Source: Promethearchaeota archaeon | Lineage (GTDB): Archaea; Asgardarchaeota; Hermodarchaeia; Hermodarchaeales; Hermodarchaeaceae | NCBI GenBank assembly: GCA_048939625.1 | Contig: JBHLPH010000025.1 | Location: forward strand, 1-24,507 | Direction of reading: 5' to 3' | Length of the DNA stretch: 24,507 nucleotides | Notes under the pieces: generated by a model | The model's input: only the letters and a program-made list of their open reading frames with translations | Told to the model about the DNA's origin: nothing | Databases searched by the model: none | Made by a program: the position numbers and the translations under genes | Shown here: piece by piece, positions 15,801 to 24,507 of the stretch | How positions within the stretch are numbered: the stretch's first letter is position 1 | Layout: each line of letters opens with the position of its first letter

Positions 15801-16484
15801 TCAACCGTTGAGTGGTAGCCCCAATTGATCACAGATAGAGTGAATAGTGAATCCTTCAAAGTTTGGGATAATGAGGTCTGCATGGTAAAGATCTGTAGCA
15901 GGATTTGTAGTTGTTAACGCAACACAGGTCATGTTGGCAGATTTTGCTGCAGTGACCCCAATGGGTGAATCTTCGAATACGAGACAATATTCTGGATTAA
16001 TACCTAGTGTCTTAGCCCCTAGGAGGTAAGCCTCCGGATCGGGTTTGCTTCGTGTTACTTGGGTCACATCGATTACAGGGTGTTTTCCAAGAAGACCAAG
16101 GTGTTTCAGGGCTGCTTCTAAACTTACGGGATGACCAGTACTCACAAAGGCCACAGGGATTTTTGCATTTTGGGTTGATTTGTAGAAGGCTGGAAAACCA
16201 CGAACAGTATGAAGCTCGCCTTTTTCAACATGTTTTTGGTACCGACGCCGTCTCTCAGAAATCAATGGTGTAGGATCTTCTAGGATATTATTTTCTTTGA
16301 AGAGGGTTGTCATTATCACGGCAGACCCAGCACCTAGGAATCGTGTTTTCCATTCAGTTTCAGAGATTTGAATGCCACAGGGCGCAAGGACCTCGTTGAA
16401 GGTTTGGAGATGGAGGAGTTCACTTTCTACTGCCACTCCATCGACATCGAAAAGGACTGCTTCAATCTGTTTTGAGGAAGACAT
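15801..16484 (-). CDS. HAD-superfamily phosphatase (beta-PGM/CbbY-like, subfamily IA)
   Basis: LFDVDGV, VST, SKPDPEAY, VFEDSPIGVTAAKSANM. Confidence 0.88.
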   Translation of the reverse strand: MSSSKQIEAVLFDVDGVAVESELLHLQTFNEVLAPCGIQISETEWKTRFLGAGSAVIMTTLFKENNILEDPTPLISERRRRYQKHVEKGELHTVRGFPAFYKSTQNAKIPVAFVSTGHPVSLEAALKHLGLLGKHPVIDVTQVTRSKPDPEAYLLGAKTLGINPEYCLVFEDSPIGVTAAKSANMTCVALTTTNPATDLYHADLIIPNFEGFTIHSICDQLGLPLNG

Positions 16485-16501
16485 ACTTGTTACTCACCAT
16501 A

Positions 16502-17263
16502 TCACTTTGAATTCGTGAGAAACCGTTCAAGGTCGCTTAAACTTCCCGACCCATCAATATGATACGGGGATGATTCCATACCATTCTTTGCGGAATTTCC
16601 CACTTCCTTAGAAAGAACACCCAATCGTCCTTTTTCTTGATCCAAATCCACAAGAAAAGTTTGAAATCCTAAGTCTGAGGCAGACATATCACTGATCGGA
16701 TCATTGCCTGCCATTACACAGTCTTGAGGTTCTTGTTGAATGAAATCAAGAATTGCTTGATAATATTCGGGATGTGGTTTACAGTAAGACATATTTTCAG
16801 CGTGTGTCATCAAAGTGATATCTAAATCGAGTAACCCAGCCCATCCAATTCGGATTTTAGTCGCAATTTCGGGGAATATCGGATTTGTAGCGATAATGAC
16901 TTGGATTCCTTTTTTTATGACCTTTTCAAGAAGAGCGCGTCCGTAGGGAACGACTGTTACTATGGATCCGAGTTGTTCAAAGGATTCTTCATAAAATTGT
17001 CTAAATCTTCCAATACAAGCATCATAAGTGAGTGTTGGTGTATCAGTAATGAAGTGCTTTGTAAACGCCTCAACATTCGTTTGGCTTCCATCATTGTGTA
17101 TCATGTGGAGAGTTGATTGGAGGAGTTTTTGGAAGAACGTGGATTCATCAAATAGGTCTTTGTAATAGGGATGAGCCAGTTTGGCATAAGAGACGAGAAA
17201 CTGGTCCTCATTGAAGAGGACTAGTGTGTTATCAAAGTCAATGAGTAGTGCTTTAATTGTCAT
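16502..17263 (-). CDS. HAD-superfamily hydrolase
   Basis: IDFDNTL, IATNPIFP, CKPHPEYY, MAGNDPISD. Confidence 0.88.
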   Translation of the reverse strand: MTIKALLIDFDNTLVLFNEDQFLVSYAKLAHPYYKDLFDESTFFQKLLQSTLHMIHNDGSQTNVEAFTKHFITDTPTLTYDACIGRFRQFYEESFEQLGSIVTVVPYGRALLEKVIKKGIQVIIATNPIFPEIATKIRIGWAGLLDLDITLMTHAENMSYCKPHPEYYQAILDFIQQEPQDCVMAGNDPISDMSASDLGFQTFLVDLDQEKGRLGVLSKEVGNSAKNGMESSPYHIDGSGSLSDLERFLTNSK

Positions 17264-17318
17264 GGCGTTAGCCCCGTTGCCAACCTTTCATAGTCAGTAA
17301 GGCTGAGTGTTAACGGTT

Positions 17319-17744
17319 TTATTCTTCGATGCCTCGAACTTTTATTTTGAGCTTCGAGGCAATATTTGCAATGAAGTATGAGACTGCATAGGGAAGTGCA
17401 TTATACTCTTCCTGAAATCCTTCAAAGCTTAGGGAAGCAATCCCTTCATGTCCAATAACTCCGACAGCACCTTGATCGGTGAGGAAATACTTAATCTCAG
17501 CAAGTTGTCCGTTCGCTTCGAGTAGACTTTGGTAGAGTTTTGATCTATTGACTTCTTTCAAGGCATCGGCCTCCACGATAATGATGAAAAACCGGACCCA
17601 TTTATCACTGCGATCAACAATAAGGAGAAATCGACGTTCATCGATATTGTAAGGAAGGATGATGCGGTCTTCAGTGGGAATGACCTTGTATGTGAGATTC
17701 ATTTGTTTTAAGTAACTTTCAATGGTTTCCATTGTGGTTGTCAT
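17319..17744 (-). CDS. YbjN / type III secretion chaperone-like protein (paralogue 2)
   Basis: ~141 aa from ATG 17744 (SD GAGGT); helix-beta3-helix-beta2-helix pattern; LYQSLLEANGQLAEIKYFLTDQGAV. Confidence 0.65.
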   Translation of the reverse strand: MTTTMETIESYLKQMNLTYKVIPTEDRIILPYNIDERRFLLIVDRSDKWVRFFIIIVEADALKEVNRSKLYQSLLEANGQLAEIKYFLTDQGAVGVIGHEGIASLSFEGFQEEYNALPYAVSYFIANIASKLKIKVRGIEE

Positions 17745-17823
17745 GCTATTGACCTCTGTTGATTGCAATCCTTCAAGGGGAGGATTTAGAAAAAGTTTCT
17801 TGTTTCTCTGGTTTTGGTTCCTA

Positions 17824-18288
17824 TTAGGAATAGAAGGAGAGTTCTTCCTTTGTAGGAATGGTAAGTGTGAGATTCAGCTTCTTAGCGATAACAGTTAGAA
17901 AATAGATGATTCCGTAGGGAATTGCCCGGAATTCTTCACGAAAACTATCTACCGTGAGAACCTTCACGCCTTCATGACCGACTATCCCTACATCGCCTTT
18001 TTTTGTGATGAAGTATTTGACCTCAGCGAGTTCGCCATTTGCTACTAAGAGTGCCTGATATAATTCTTCACGTTTTTTTTCATCTGACACTCGATCGGCT
18101 AGCATGATGAGAACCCAAAACCGCAAGAACTGACCGGATACATCAATGATAACATTAAACTTCAGTTTCTTATCTTGAGCCGTATAGGGGACAATAATAC
18201 GGTGAACTTGACCTTCAACAGGTTTTATTTCATAGGTGAGGTTCATCGTTTTCAGGTATGTAGTCACCTGATCAAGGATTTCTTCCAT
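17824..18288 (-). CDS. YbjN / type III secretion chaperone-like protein (paralogue 1)
   Basis: 154 aa; VTTYLKTMNLTY, LYQALLVANGELAEVKYFITKKGDV; clear paralogue of the next gene. Confidence 0.65.
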   Translation of the reverse strand: MEEILDQVTTYLKTMNLTYEIKPVEGQVHRIIVPYTAQDKKLKFNVIIDVSGQFLRFWVLIMLADRVSDEKKREELYQALLVANGELAEVKYFITKKGDVGIVGHEGVKVLTVDSFREEFRAIPYGIIYFLTVIAKKLNLTLTIPTKEELSFYS

Positions 18289-18368
18289 AAATGGCGCTCC
18301 AGAGATTCCAAGTGTCTCAACTGACCCTGAGCAATTAGATAAAACTATCTCCTACTTGCTGCTGAGAC

Positions 18369-18401
18369 AAAAAAGAAGAAGAGAGGTGCAATGAGCACCT
18401 C
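18369..18401 (-). terminator. Hairpin + U-rich terminator after the MFS gene
   Basis: GAGGTGC/GCACCTC 7-bp stem (18383-18401) followed on the minus strand by TCTTCTTCTTTTTT. Confidence 0.65.
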
Positions 18402-18411
18402 GATGGTTGGA

Positions 18412-19704
18412 TTATTCCTTTTCAGACATTTCCGCTTCCTCACCGGCTTCGCCATGTTGGACGAAAATCATCGCAACAAGTGCTATGATGAGGAAAACAA
18501 TGGCAAAGGGCCAGAGAAGGAGCCATTTCGTGGCGAGGGTAAATCCAAAGGACAGCACTAGAATATCAGCGAGTAGACCAAACGCGATGGGACCAAGGGC
18601 TGCGGCGAACTGGCTGGAAACGTAGTAAATACCGGTGTAGGCACCTTGTTTCTTCCGGCTAACCTCCCACAACATTACAATACTATTAACGTTGACAAAG
18701 GACCAGAAGAATCCGGCTAATCCCAGGCTGAGAAGAACTGTGATGAAATCTCGCATGAACGAAACGATGACCAGTGCTATGATCATCCCAATGAGTCCTG
18801 TCATGATCGTGCGTCGGCGGCCAAATTTTACGGCAATCAATCCGCCTGGAATGGCGAAGATCACAAACACCAAGGCAAACAGAGTCATGGCAAGAGCTGC
18901 AATATTTTCTGGCCACAACAGGGTGAACACACCGTACGAGGTAAACCACGTTTCCAAAGTATAGAAGGCAATAAACCATGCAAAGATGGCGACTAATATA
19001 CTGATAATCGAGCGATCGCTGATGGCTTCACGAAATGCCTCTCGAAGCGGTTGGTCAACCTTTTCCACTTCTAGAGGGATTTTCGGCTCACGAATCGCAA
19101 GAACCAACACAACTAGTGCAAGAATCATAATGAGCGCTGTGACACCGAATGCCAGAAGTGGATTTATCCCGTAGAGGATCGAGCCTACAACAAAGGCAAA
19201 TATTGATCCAATGCCTCCCATCAGGTTAATGACACCGTTGGCCGGACTTCGCTTTTCGGAAGGTGTAAAATCAGGCATCATCGCCACGGTGGGTGCCCGG
19301 TATATTGCCATGGAGATATCGAAGCCTAGAATGAGAATCACAAGTGACAAAAGACCCAGCATCCCTGGAACAGTAGCAGCTATTGGTAACCCAACAAAAA
19401 ACCCAGCAGCGAGTGGAATACCAACGATAAGATATGGCATGCGTCGTCCAAAGCGGTTCCAAGTCTTATCAGACCGTCCACCCATGAGTGGATGCATGAT
19501 GATTGCCACGAGATTGTCAATCCCCATGAAAAACCCAGCCAATGCGACCACAAAGGGGAACGTTGGAAGAGCACTTAAAATTGAGGTTTGGAGAAAGATT
19601 GGCACATAAGAATTGAAGAGAGACCAGCTTATTGCCGTTGTAAAGAATCCGAGACCAATGAGAAAAATCGTAACCCAGCTAAACTTCCTTTTTTCTGCAT
19701 TCAT
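18412..19704 (-). CDS. MFS transporter (SLC45 / maltose-sucrose permease-like)
   Basis: About 12 TM; GGRSDKTWNRFGRRMPY, AMMPDFTPSEKRSPANGVINLMGG, KFGRRRTI. Confidence 0.9.
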   Translation of the reverse strand: MNAEKRKFSWVTIFLIGLGFFTTAISWSLFNSYVPIFLQTSILSALPTFPFVVALAGFFMGIDNLVAIIMHPLMGGRSDKTWNRFGRRMPYLIVGIPLAAGFFVGLPIAATVPGMLGLLSLVILILGFDISMAIYRAPTVAMMPDFTPSEKRSPANGVINLMGGIGSIFAFVVGSILYGINPLLAFGVTALIMILALVVLVLAIREPKIPLEVEKVDQPLREAFREAISDRSIISILVAIFAWFIAFYTLETWFTSYGVFTLLWPENIAALAMTLFALVFVIFAIPGGLIAVKFGRRRTIMTGLIGMIIALVIVSFMRDFITVLLSLGLAGFFWSFVNVNSIVMLWEVSRKKQGAYTGIYYVSSQFAAALGPIAFGLLADILVLSFGFTLATKWLLLWPFAIVFLIIALVAMIFVQHGEAGEEAEMSEKE

Positions 19705-19825
19705 TGAAGTACGCCCCTAATCAAAGAAGCTTGATTGGAGTTTAAGCGAAAACAGGTACAGTGTTTTTAGCACTTAAGTGTGACAGGTAGGCGGAAAAGA
19801 AGAACTAACGCCACTTAATCAGTAA

Positions 19826-20008
19826 CTAGAGACGGAAGGATCGCCCGCAGTGACGGCAGCGTGCCTGTTTTTCTTTGGATAAAAGCCAGTAGTAGTGTTT
19901 GCTCTTAATGAGGTTGAGTTGTCCACAGGCTGGACAAGTGATAGCCTTGGTTGTCGAACGGTTAACGGTTGTGACCGTACCGGACTCCGCAGCTGTCGTT
20001 TTAAACAC
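19826..20008 (-). CDS. Small zinc-ribbon protein (60 aa)
   Basis: CPACG ... CRHCG knuckle pair; isolated ORF with TTTAAA box at ~20050. Confidence 0.6.
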   Translation of the reverse strand: MFKTTAAESGTVTTVNRSTTKAITCPACGQLNLIKSKHYYWLLSKEKQARCRHCGRSFRL

Positions 20009-20315
20009 TTCCTGATGCCATCCTCATTTTATTCGCTTCAAAGAAGCTATTTAAACCCTTGGATTTGGGAAAGGGGCGATGGTTTTCGCTAAATTGTCCA
20101 AAATAGCAAACAGGAGCTTTCTTGGTTGTACTTGGGCGTTTAAGCCGATTTATAGGATTTTTAGAGGAATGAGGGCGTCTAAAAGCTTATTTATATTGTG
20201 GGTAATACGCTGGACTTTGATATGACCCTCGTGGTTGTTGACAACCGACGAGCTCTTATACAGCCTTACTAGGAATATCGGCTTAGACAATGTTGAGTGG
20301 TAGAGGAGTTGAACC

Positions 20316-20720
20316 ATGCAGCTGAGTGATGAAGAACTTATTGAAAAAGCCCGAGCCGCGCAGAACCACGCGTATGCTCCGTATTCGCAGTTTGCAGTTG
20401 GAGCAGCCCTTCTGACTGAGAATGGCCAGGTGTTCACAGGTTGTAATGTGGAAAACGCGACATTTGGGGCAACAGTGTGTGCAGAACGTACAGCAGTATT
20501 TTCTGCGGTGTGTCACGGGGTTCGACGGTTTGTAAAAATCGCCATAGTGACGGATAACAAAGAACCAGTGATGCCTTGTGGCATTTGTCGGAGTGTGCTC
20601 TTTGAATTTGCACCAAATCTCGAAGTTATTGCTATGGGATCATCAGGGTTGGTTGAGAGAATATCGTTGTCTCAATTGTATCCTAAAGGGTTTCGTCTTG
20701 AAGTTGAGAATGAAGAATGA
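20316..20720 (+). CDS. cdd: Cytidine deaminase (homotetrameric type)
   Basis: AYAPYSQFAVGAAL, GCNVEN, CAERTA, PCGICR; SD GAGGAG. Confidence 0.95.
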   Translation: MQLSDEELIEKARAAQNHAYAPYSQFAVGAALLTENGQVFTGCNVENATFGATVCAERTAVFSAVCHGVRRFVKIAIVTDNKEPVMPCGICRSVLFEFAPNLEVIAMGSSGLVERISLSQLYPKGFRLEVENEE

Positions 20721-20732
20721 CTCTTTGGCAAG

Positions 20733-21092
20733 TTAGGCATTTCGAGTCATGACTTGTCGGATATATTTGAAAACAAGAACGAGAAGTTCATAATCCATGA
20801 CTGGACCGAAGGCGATGCGTTGATTATCGTTGGTTTCAGCATAGAGAAAGACGTTGGAATTCTTTTTTACAATGACGCTGGCTTGGTTGGATTCGGCGTA
20901 AACATCCATGCCTTGAAAAAATTGTTTGATATATTCGATATCAAGAGGGCGGCTTAATTGTACATTAGCGTATCCTGATTCGGTGCAATGTATTTTCATT
21001 TTCCCAAGAAACAGGGCATCATCAGTGACGGCGGGTTCAGCCTCTTGTAAAAGTGAGAGGAGAGTCTGCTTTACTAGGTCCTTCCTCGTCAT
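20733..21092 (-). CDS. Hypothetical protein (119 aa)
   Basis: Fills the gap between cdd and the cupin gene; protein-like composition; no motif recognised. Confidence 0.6.
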   Translation of the reverse strand: MTRKDLVKQTLLSLLQEAEPAVTDDALFLGKMKIHCTESGYANVQLSRPLDIEYIKQFFQGMDVYAESNQASVIVKKNSNVFLYAETNDNQRIAFGPVMDYELLVLVFKYIRQVMTRNA

Positions 21093-21200
21093 TATCCGTC
21101 CCGCCAGGTTTCTTTTTATTTCAGTTGTAATTGTATGCGTGGTTCTGCGACCAATTAAGTGTTCTCGTAGCTCATGAGTTGACTTTTAATACACCAGGTT

Positions 21201-21219
21201 TACGGTGAGATTCACCGTA
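21201..21219. promoter_or_regulatory. Perfect 8-3-8 palindrome between divergent genes (candidate operator)
   Basis: TACGGTGA-gat-TCACCGTA, ~10 nt upstream of TATTTAAG. Confidence 0.5.
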
Positions 21220-21261
21220 TAAGAATGCGTATTTAAGTCTTCAAGATTTGGTGATAAAAGT

Positions 21262-21603
21262 ATGATTGTTGGTCAATTTGATGAACGCCAAGAAGAAGAA
21301 GTAACTCAGTATGGTTCAACTGGTACAACTATTCGTTGGTTGATTAATCGTGAACATGGAGCACAGACATTTGCGATGCGCCGATTTGAAGTGCAACCTG
21401 GTGGAGAAATTCCCCTTCATGGTCACGAGGCAGATCATGAAATTTACATTCTCTTTGGCCAAGGAGTAGCTTTTACTCCGGAGCAGGAGGTTCCAATTGA
21501 AGCAGATATGTTTCTTTATGTTCCGCCTCATGAAAAACACGGATATCGAAATACAGGCAAAACCCCCTTGGTGTTTATCTGCGTCATTCCCCTTCTCGAT
21601 TAG
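21262..21603 (+). CDS. Cupin-2 domain protein
   Basis: PLHGHEADHEIYIL.GQG and YVPPHEKHGYRNTG metal-binding motifs; SD GGTGA. Confidence 0.9.
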   Translation: MIVGQFDERQEEEVTQYGSTGTTIRWLINREHGAQTFAMRRFEVQPGGEIPLHGHEADHEIYILFGQGVAFTPEQEVPIEADMFLYVPPHEKHGYRNTGKTPLVFICVIPLLD

Positions 21604-21620
21604 GTTCATGGAAGGAATGG

Positions 21621-22481
21621 TTAGCCCACTTTCTTGCGATACTTATTTCCCGTAGGTGTATTTGCGAGGCCACCAAGTGCAGTCTCTCGGAGACTTTCTG
21701 GGAGGGCTTCACCGACTTCACGCATTGCGTCAATAACCTCATCAACTGGAATTCGGCTTATTATGCCTGCGAGAGCTAACTCAGCCGCGAGGAAGGCTTG
21801 CATTAATGCTCCTGCATTACGAAGAACACAAGGCACTTCGACTAGTCCAGCAACTGGATCGCATACAAGTCCGAGCATGTTGCTTAAGCAGAGTGCCACA
21901 GCATGTCCTATCATGGTGGGGCTACCACCGGCCAATTCAGTAAGCGCGCCAGCAGCCATTGCTGCAGCAACTCCACACTCAGCTTGGCAGCCTCCTTCAG
22001 CACCTGAAATCGAAGCATTGATGGAACACACGATTCCGATTCCTGCTGCAGTGAAAAGGGCTGTAATGATAGCTTCTTCATCCACGTGAAGATGGTCTTT
22101 GGCGAACATCATCGCCGCAGGAACAATGCCACAACTACCCGCAGTGGGACAGGCGACAATGCGTCCCATGGAGGCGTTGACTTCGGCTATGCCTAATGCC
22201 CAAGCAACAGCCTTGGATATACCAGAACTGAGAAATTTAGGTTTTCGTAAAAAGAATAATTTTCCATCCCCTCCACTTAATCCGCTAACAGAGCGAATAT
22301 CTTCGGTGACCCCCCTCTCAAGAGATTGCTTCATCACTTCCCAAGAGATTACCATTTGACCCCGAATAGTGTCTTCAGATTCAGCCTCTTGTTCTGCTTC
22401 CACTGCGAGTACAATTTCGCCAATACGTTTCTTTTCACGTCCAGCGAGTTTGATGAGTTGCTTCATTGAATCATAGTTCAT
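21621..22481 (-). CDS. sdaAA: L-serine ammonia-lyase, Fe-S dependent, alpha subunit
   Basis: EVNASMGRIVACPTAGSCG, SGAEGGCQAE, GLVCDPVAGLVEVPC..RN, RETALGGLA. Confidence 0.95.
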   Translation of the reverse strand: MNYDSMKQLIKLAGREKKRIGEIVLAVEAEQEAESEDTIRGQMVISWEVMKQSLERGVTEDIRSVSGLSGGDGKLFFLRKPKFLSSGISKAVAWALGIAEVNASMGRIVACPTAGSCGIVPAAMMFAKDHLHVDEEAIITALFTAAGIGIVCSINASISGAEGGCQAECGVAAAMAAGALTELAGGSPTMIGHAVALCLSNMLGLVCDPVAGLVEVPCVLRNAGALMQAFLAAELALAGIISRIPVDEVIDAMREVGEALPESLRETALGGLANTPTGNKYRKKVG

Positions 22482-22500
22482 ACATTATCACATCTTTCAA

Positions 22501-23184
22501 TTAGTAAATCGGAGGAATAAGGCGGACAATTTGAGCCTCAGACGATAATTCTTCTATAGCTTCCGGAGGGAGGGGTTGATCCATTTCCACAGCCATTGCC
22601 GCTAGCCCACCTCGGCGTTGGCGTGTGACGAACATGGTTGAGATATTCACCTTGTGTCGGGCAATAATGGCTGTGGCTTTTGCGACAATTCCTGGTCGGT
22701 CACTATGAATCGAAATCAGTGTGTGATATTCACCAGATAGCCGAATAGGTAACCCGTTGATTTCAATCACACCTATGTTTCCACCGCCTACGGAGACCGC
22801 GGTGATTTCGAAGTGAGATTTACTTGGTCCCTCAATAAGGAGTCGAACCGTGTTGGGGGGATATTCGTCTCCGAGATCGACTTTTTGGAATTTAACAGCC
22901 ATTCCGATATCTTTGGCGATTTGAAGCGAGTCTTTGATTCGCTCATCTGCGGCATCAAAACCTAATAATCCTGCGATGAGCGCTTTATCAGTACCATGTC
23001 CTTTTCCGGTTAACGCATATGAGCCGTGCAGTTGGATTATTGCCTTCTGCACTTCTTCACCAAGAATTGCCTGACTAATGAGTCCAATCCGTACTGCCGC
23101 AGCAGTATGAGAACTGGATGGCCCAATCATAATCGGACCGATTATCTCAAAGACACTATCCGCTTTGCCCAAATTCGTCACCAT
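22501..23184 (-). CDS. sdaAB: L-serine ammonia-lyase, beta subunit with ACT domain
   Basis: IIGPIMIGPSSSHTA, GSYALTGKGHGTD, SVGGG, C-terminal HSDRPG ACT domain. Confidence 0.95.
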   Translation of the reverse strand: MVTNLGKADSVFEIIGPIMIGPSSSHTAAAVRIGLISQAILGEEVQKAIIQLHGSYALTGKGHGTDKALIAGLLGFDAADERIKDSLQIAKDIGMAVKFQKVDLGDEYPPNTVRLLIEGPSKSHFEITAVSVGGGNIGVIEINGLPIRLSGEYHTLISIHSDRPGIVAKATAIIARHKVNISTMFVTRQRRGGLAAMAVEMDQPLPPEAIEELSSEAQIVRLIPPIY

Positions 23185-23287
23185 CTATTGATGACCTTGG
23201 TCTAATTCTTAAACGATTCGCCAAACAAATGAAATTAATTTAAATAGGGTGAATCCCGTTCACTGAAACTTTAGTAGGTGATGTTCT

Positions 23288-24061
23288 TTGCCGCAGGAAA
23301 AAGCAGTCAGCAAAATGAGTGACGAAGAAATCAAAGAGGAAGTCAAGCGAGCGTACGCTGCATTAGCCTCTGCTTCGAAAGGTTGTTGCACCGAGAAGAG
23401 TTGTTGTGACAGCGGAAGCTCATGGTCTCCACGTCAGAATCGAGCAAAGTTCTTTGGGTATCCAGTAGATAAACTTCCTGACTCCTTAACCGATGCGTAC
23501 GCTGGCTGTGGAAATCCAGTAGCCCTAGCCAGTTTGCAGGAAGGCGAAATTGTTTTGGATCTTGGATCTGGTGCTGGTCTTGATGCATTTATGGCTGCAG
23601 AAGCGGTTGGAGAATCCGGGAAAGTAATTGGTGTCGACATGACTCCAGAAATGGTACAAAAAGCTAAGGAAAATGCGGATATCATTAAGGTGAGAAACAC
23701 AGAATTCCGTTTGGGAGAAATCGAGCAACTCCCTGTGGATGATGGATCCGTTGATGTCGTCATTAGCAATTGTGTGATTAATCTAGCTCCTGATAAGGCG
23801 AAGGTGTTTCGTGAGGCATTTCGTGTTCTTCGCCCTGGGGGGCGATTGATGGTCTCTGATATGGTAATTGTCAGACCGCTACCTAAAGAGGTTCGTGAAT
23901 CTATTCACTCATACACCGGCTGTGTTGCAGGGGCGATTCCTGAAGCCGAATATCTTGCACTTATTCACCAAGCTGGATTTACAAGCGTCCGGGTTATTGA
24001 AGAATCCGGGGCAGGATATGTCGCCAGCGCAAAAGTGGAAGCTTTCAAACCCGAAGTCTAA
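23288..24061 (+). CDS. arsM: Arsenite S-adenosylmethionine methyltransferase
   Basis: N-terminal CC..CC, GCGNP, VLDLGSGAG.D, GVDMT, ISNCVINL.PDK, GCVAGA; TTG start after AGGTGA. Confidence 0.88.
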   Translation: MPQEKAVSKMSDEEIKEEVKRAYAALASASKGCCTEKSCCDSGSSWSPRQNRAKFFGYPVDKLPDSLTDAYAGCGNPVALASLQEGEIVLDLGSGAGLDAFMAAEAVGESGKVIGVDMTPEMVQKAKENADIIKVRNTEFRLGEIEQLPVDDGSVDVVISNCVINLAPDKAKVFREAFRVLRPGGRLMVSDMVIVRPLPKEVRESIHSYTGCVAGAIPEAEYLALIHQAGFTSVRVIEESGAGYVASAKVEAFKPEV

Positions 24062-24090
24062 ACAGATGCGTATTCTTCCTAAGATTTTAT

Positions 24091-24507
24091 TTATCCAAGA
24101 AAAACGGGTAACGGCGTCACAAAGAGGAAATACCATAGGAAAAACACTGTCAAAAACATACTCGTGATAGTAATAGCCCAGTCTTTGATACCAAAAGTAG
24201 GAAAGCGCAGATAGGTTCGAGTGGGCGCATACCCAAAACCTCGACCGTCCATGGCGAGGGTGAACGCATCGACTCGACCTAACGCTGAAAACAGTAGGGG
24301 CATGAAGGTATACCGTATTCGACGGAAAAACCCTCGAATTACACCTTGATCAACGGGGATTCCCCTTGCTTGCTGAGCAGCCTGGACTGTATTCGATTCT
24401 TCATCAAAGAGTGGAACCAAGCGAAGAGCAAGCACGAGTGTATAGCCATATCGGTACGGAATGCGAAGCGAGGTGAGAGCTGCAGCAAATCGACTCGGAT
24501 CTGTGCA
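24091..24507 (-). CDS. ecfT: ECF transporter transmembrane component T (5'-truncated by window edge)
   Basis: Frame open to the window end: TDPSRFAAALTSLRIPYR...LRLVP...AQQARG...AMDGRGFG. Confidence 0.88.
   Translation of the reverse strand, partial: CTDPSRFAAALTSLRIPYRYGYTLVLALRLVPLFDEESNTVQAAQQARGIPVDQGVIRGFFRRIRYTFMPLLFSALGRVDAFTLAMDGRGFGYAPTRTYLRFPTFGIKDWAITITSMFLTVFFLWYFLFVTPLPVFLG

Noticed and set aside
4397-23769. Numerous overlapping or antisense ORFs (e.g. 4397..4855, 12029..12391, 19211..19609, 21634..22359, 23434..23769)
   Set aside because: Shadows of well-supported genes with no independent motifs
1-24507. CRISPR arrays, tRNA/rRNA genes, IS elements, integrases
   Set aside because: No spaced direct repeats, cloverleaf/T-loop signatures or transposase/recombinase motifs found by eye

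Overview
Gene-dense archaeal chromosomal window, most likely from an Asgard archaeon. The evidence is a two-domain gelsolin, H4MPT/F420 and Fwd genes, and archaeal TATA/BRE promoters with GGTG/GAGG ribosome-binding sites. The left half (1-10.6 kb) is the unusual part. It holds three divergent paralogues of a ~470-aa protein made of an unrecognised N-terminal domain plus a duplicated Lrp/AsnC-like (wHTH + effector) unit, a cofE + RimK-type glutamate ligase operon, and the gelsolin. It also holds a GC-richer two-gene orphan operon flanked by structured non-coding DNA and a tandem pair of Pol-beta-type nucleotidyltransferases. The right half is mostly metabolic: fwdD and fwdB split by a K+-independent membrane pyrophosphatase and a CPBP protease, two HAD hydrolases, two YbjN/T3SS-chaperone-like paralogues, an MFS sugar transporter, a zinc-ribbon microprotein, cdd, a cupin, a two-subunit L-serine dehydratase, arsM and a partial ecfT. 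No tRNA, rRNA, CRISPR array, transposase or integrase was seen. All calls come from reading motifs by eye; no database searches were run.
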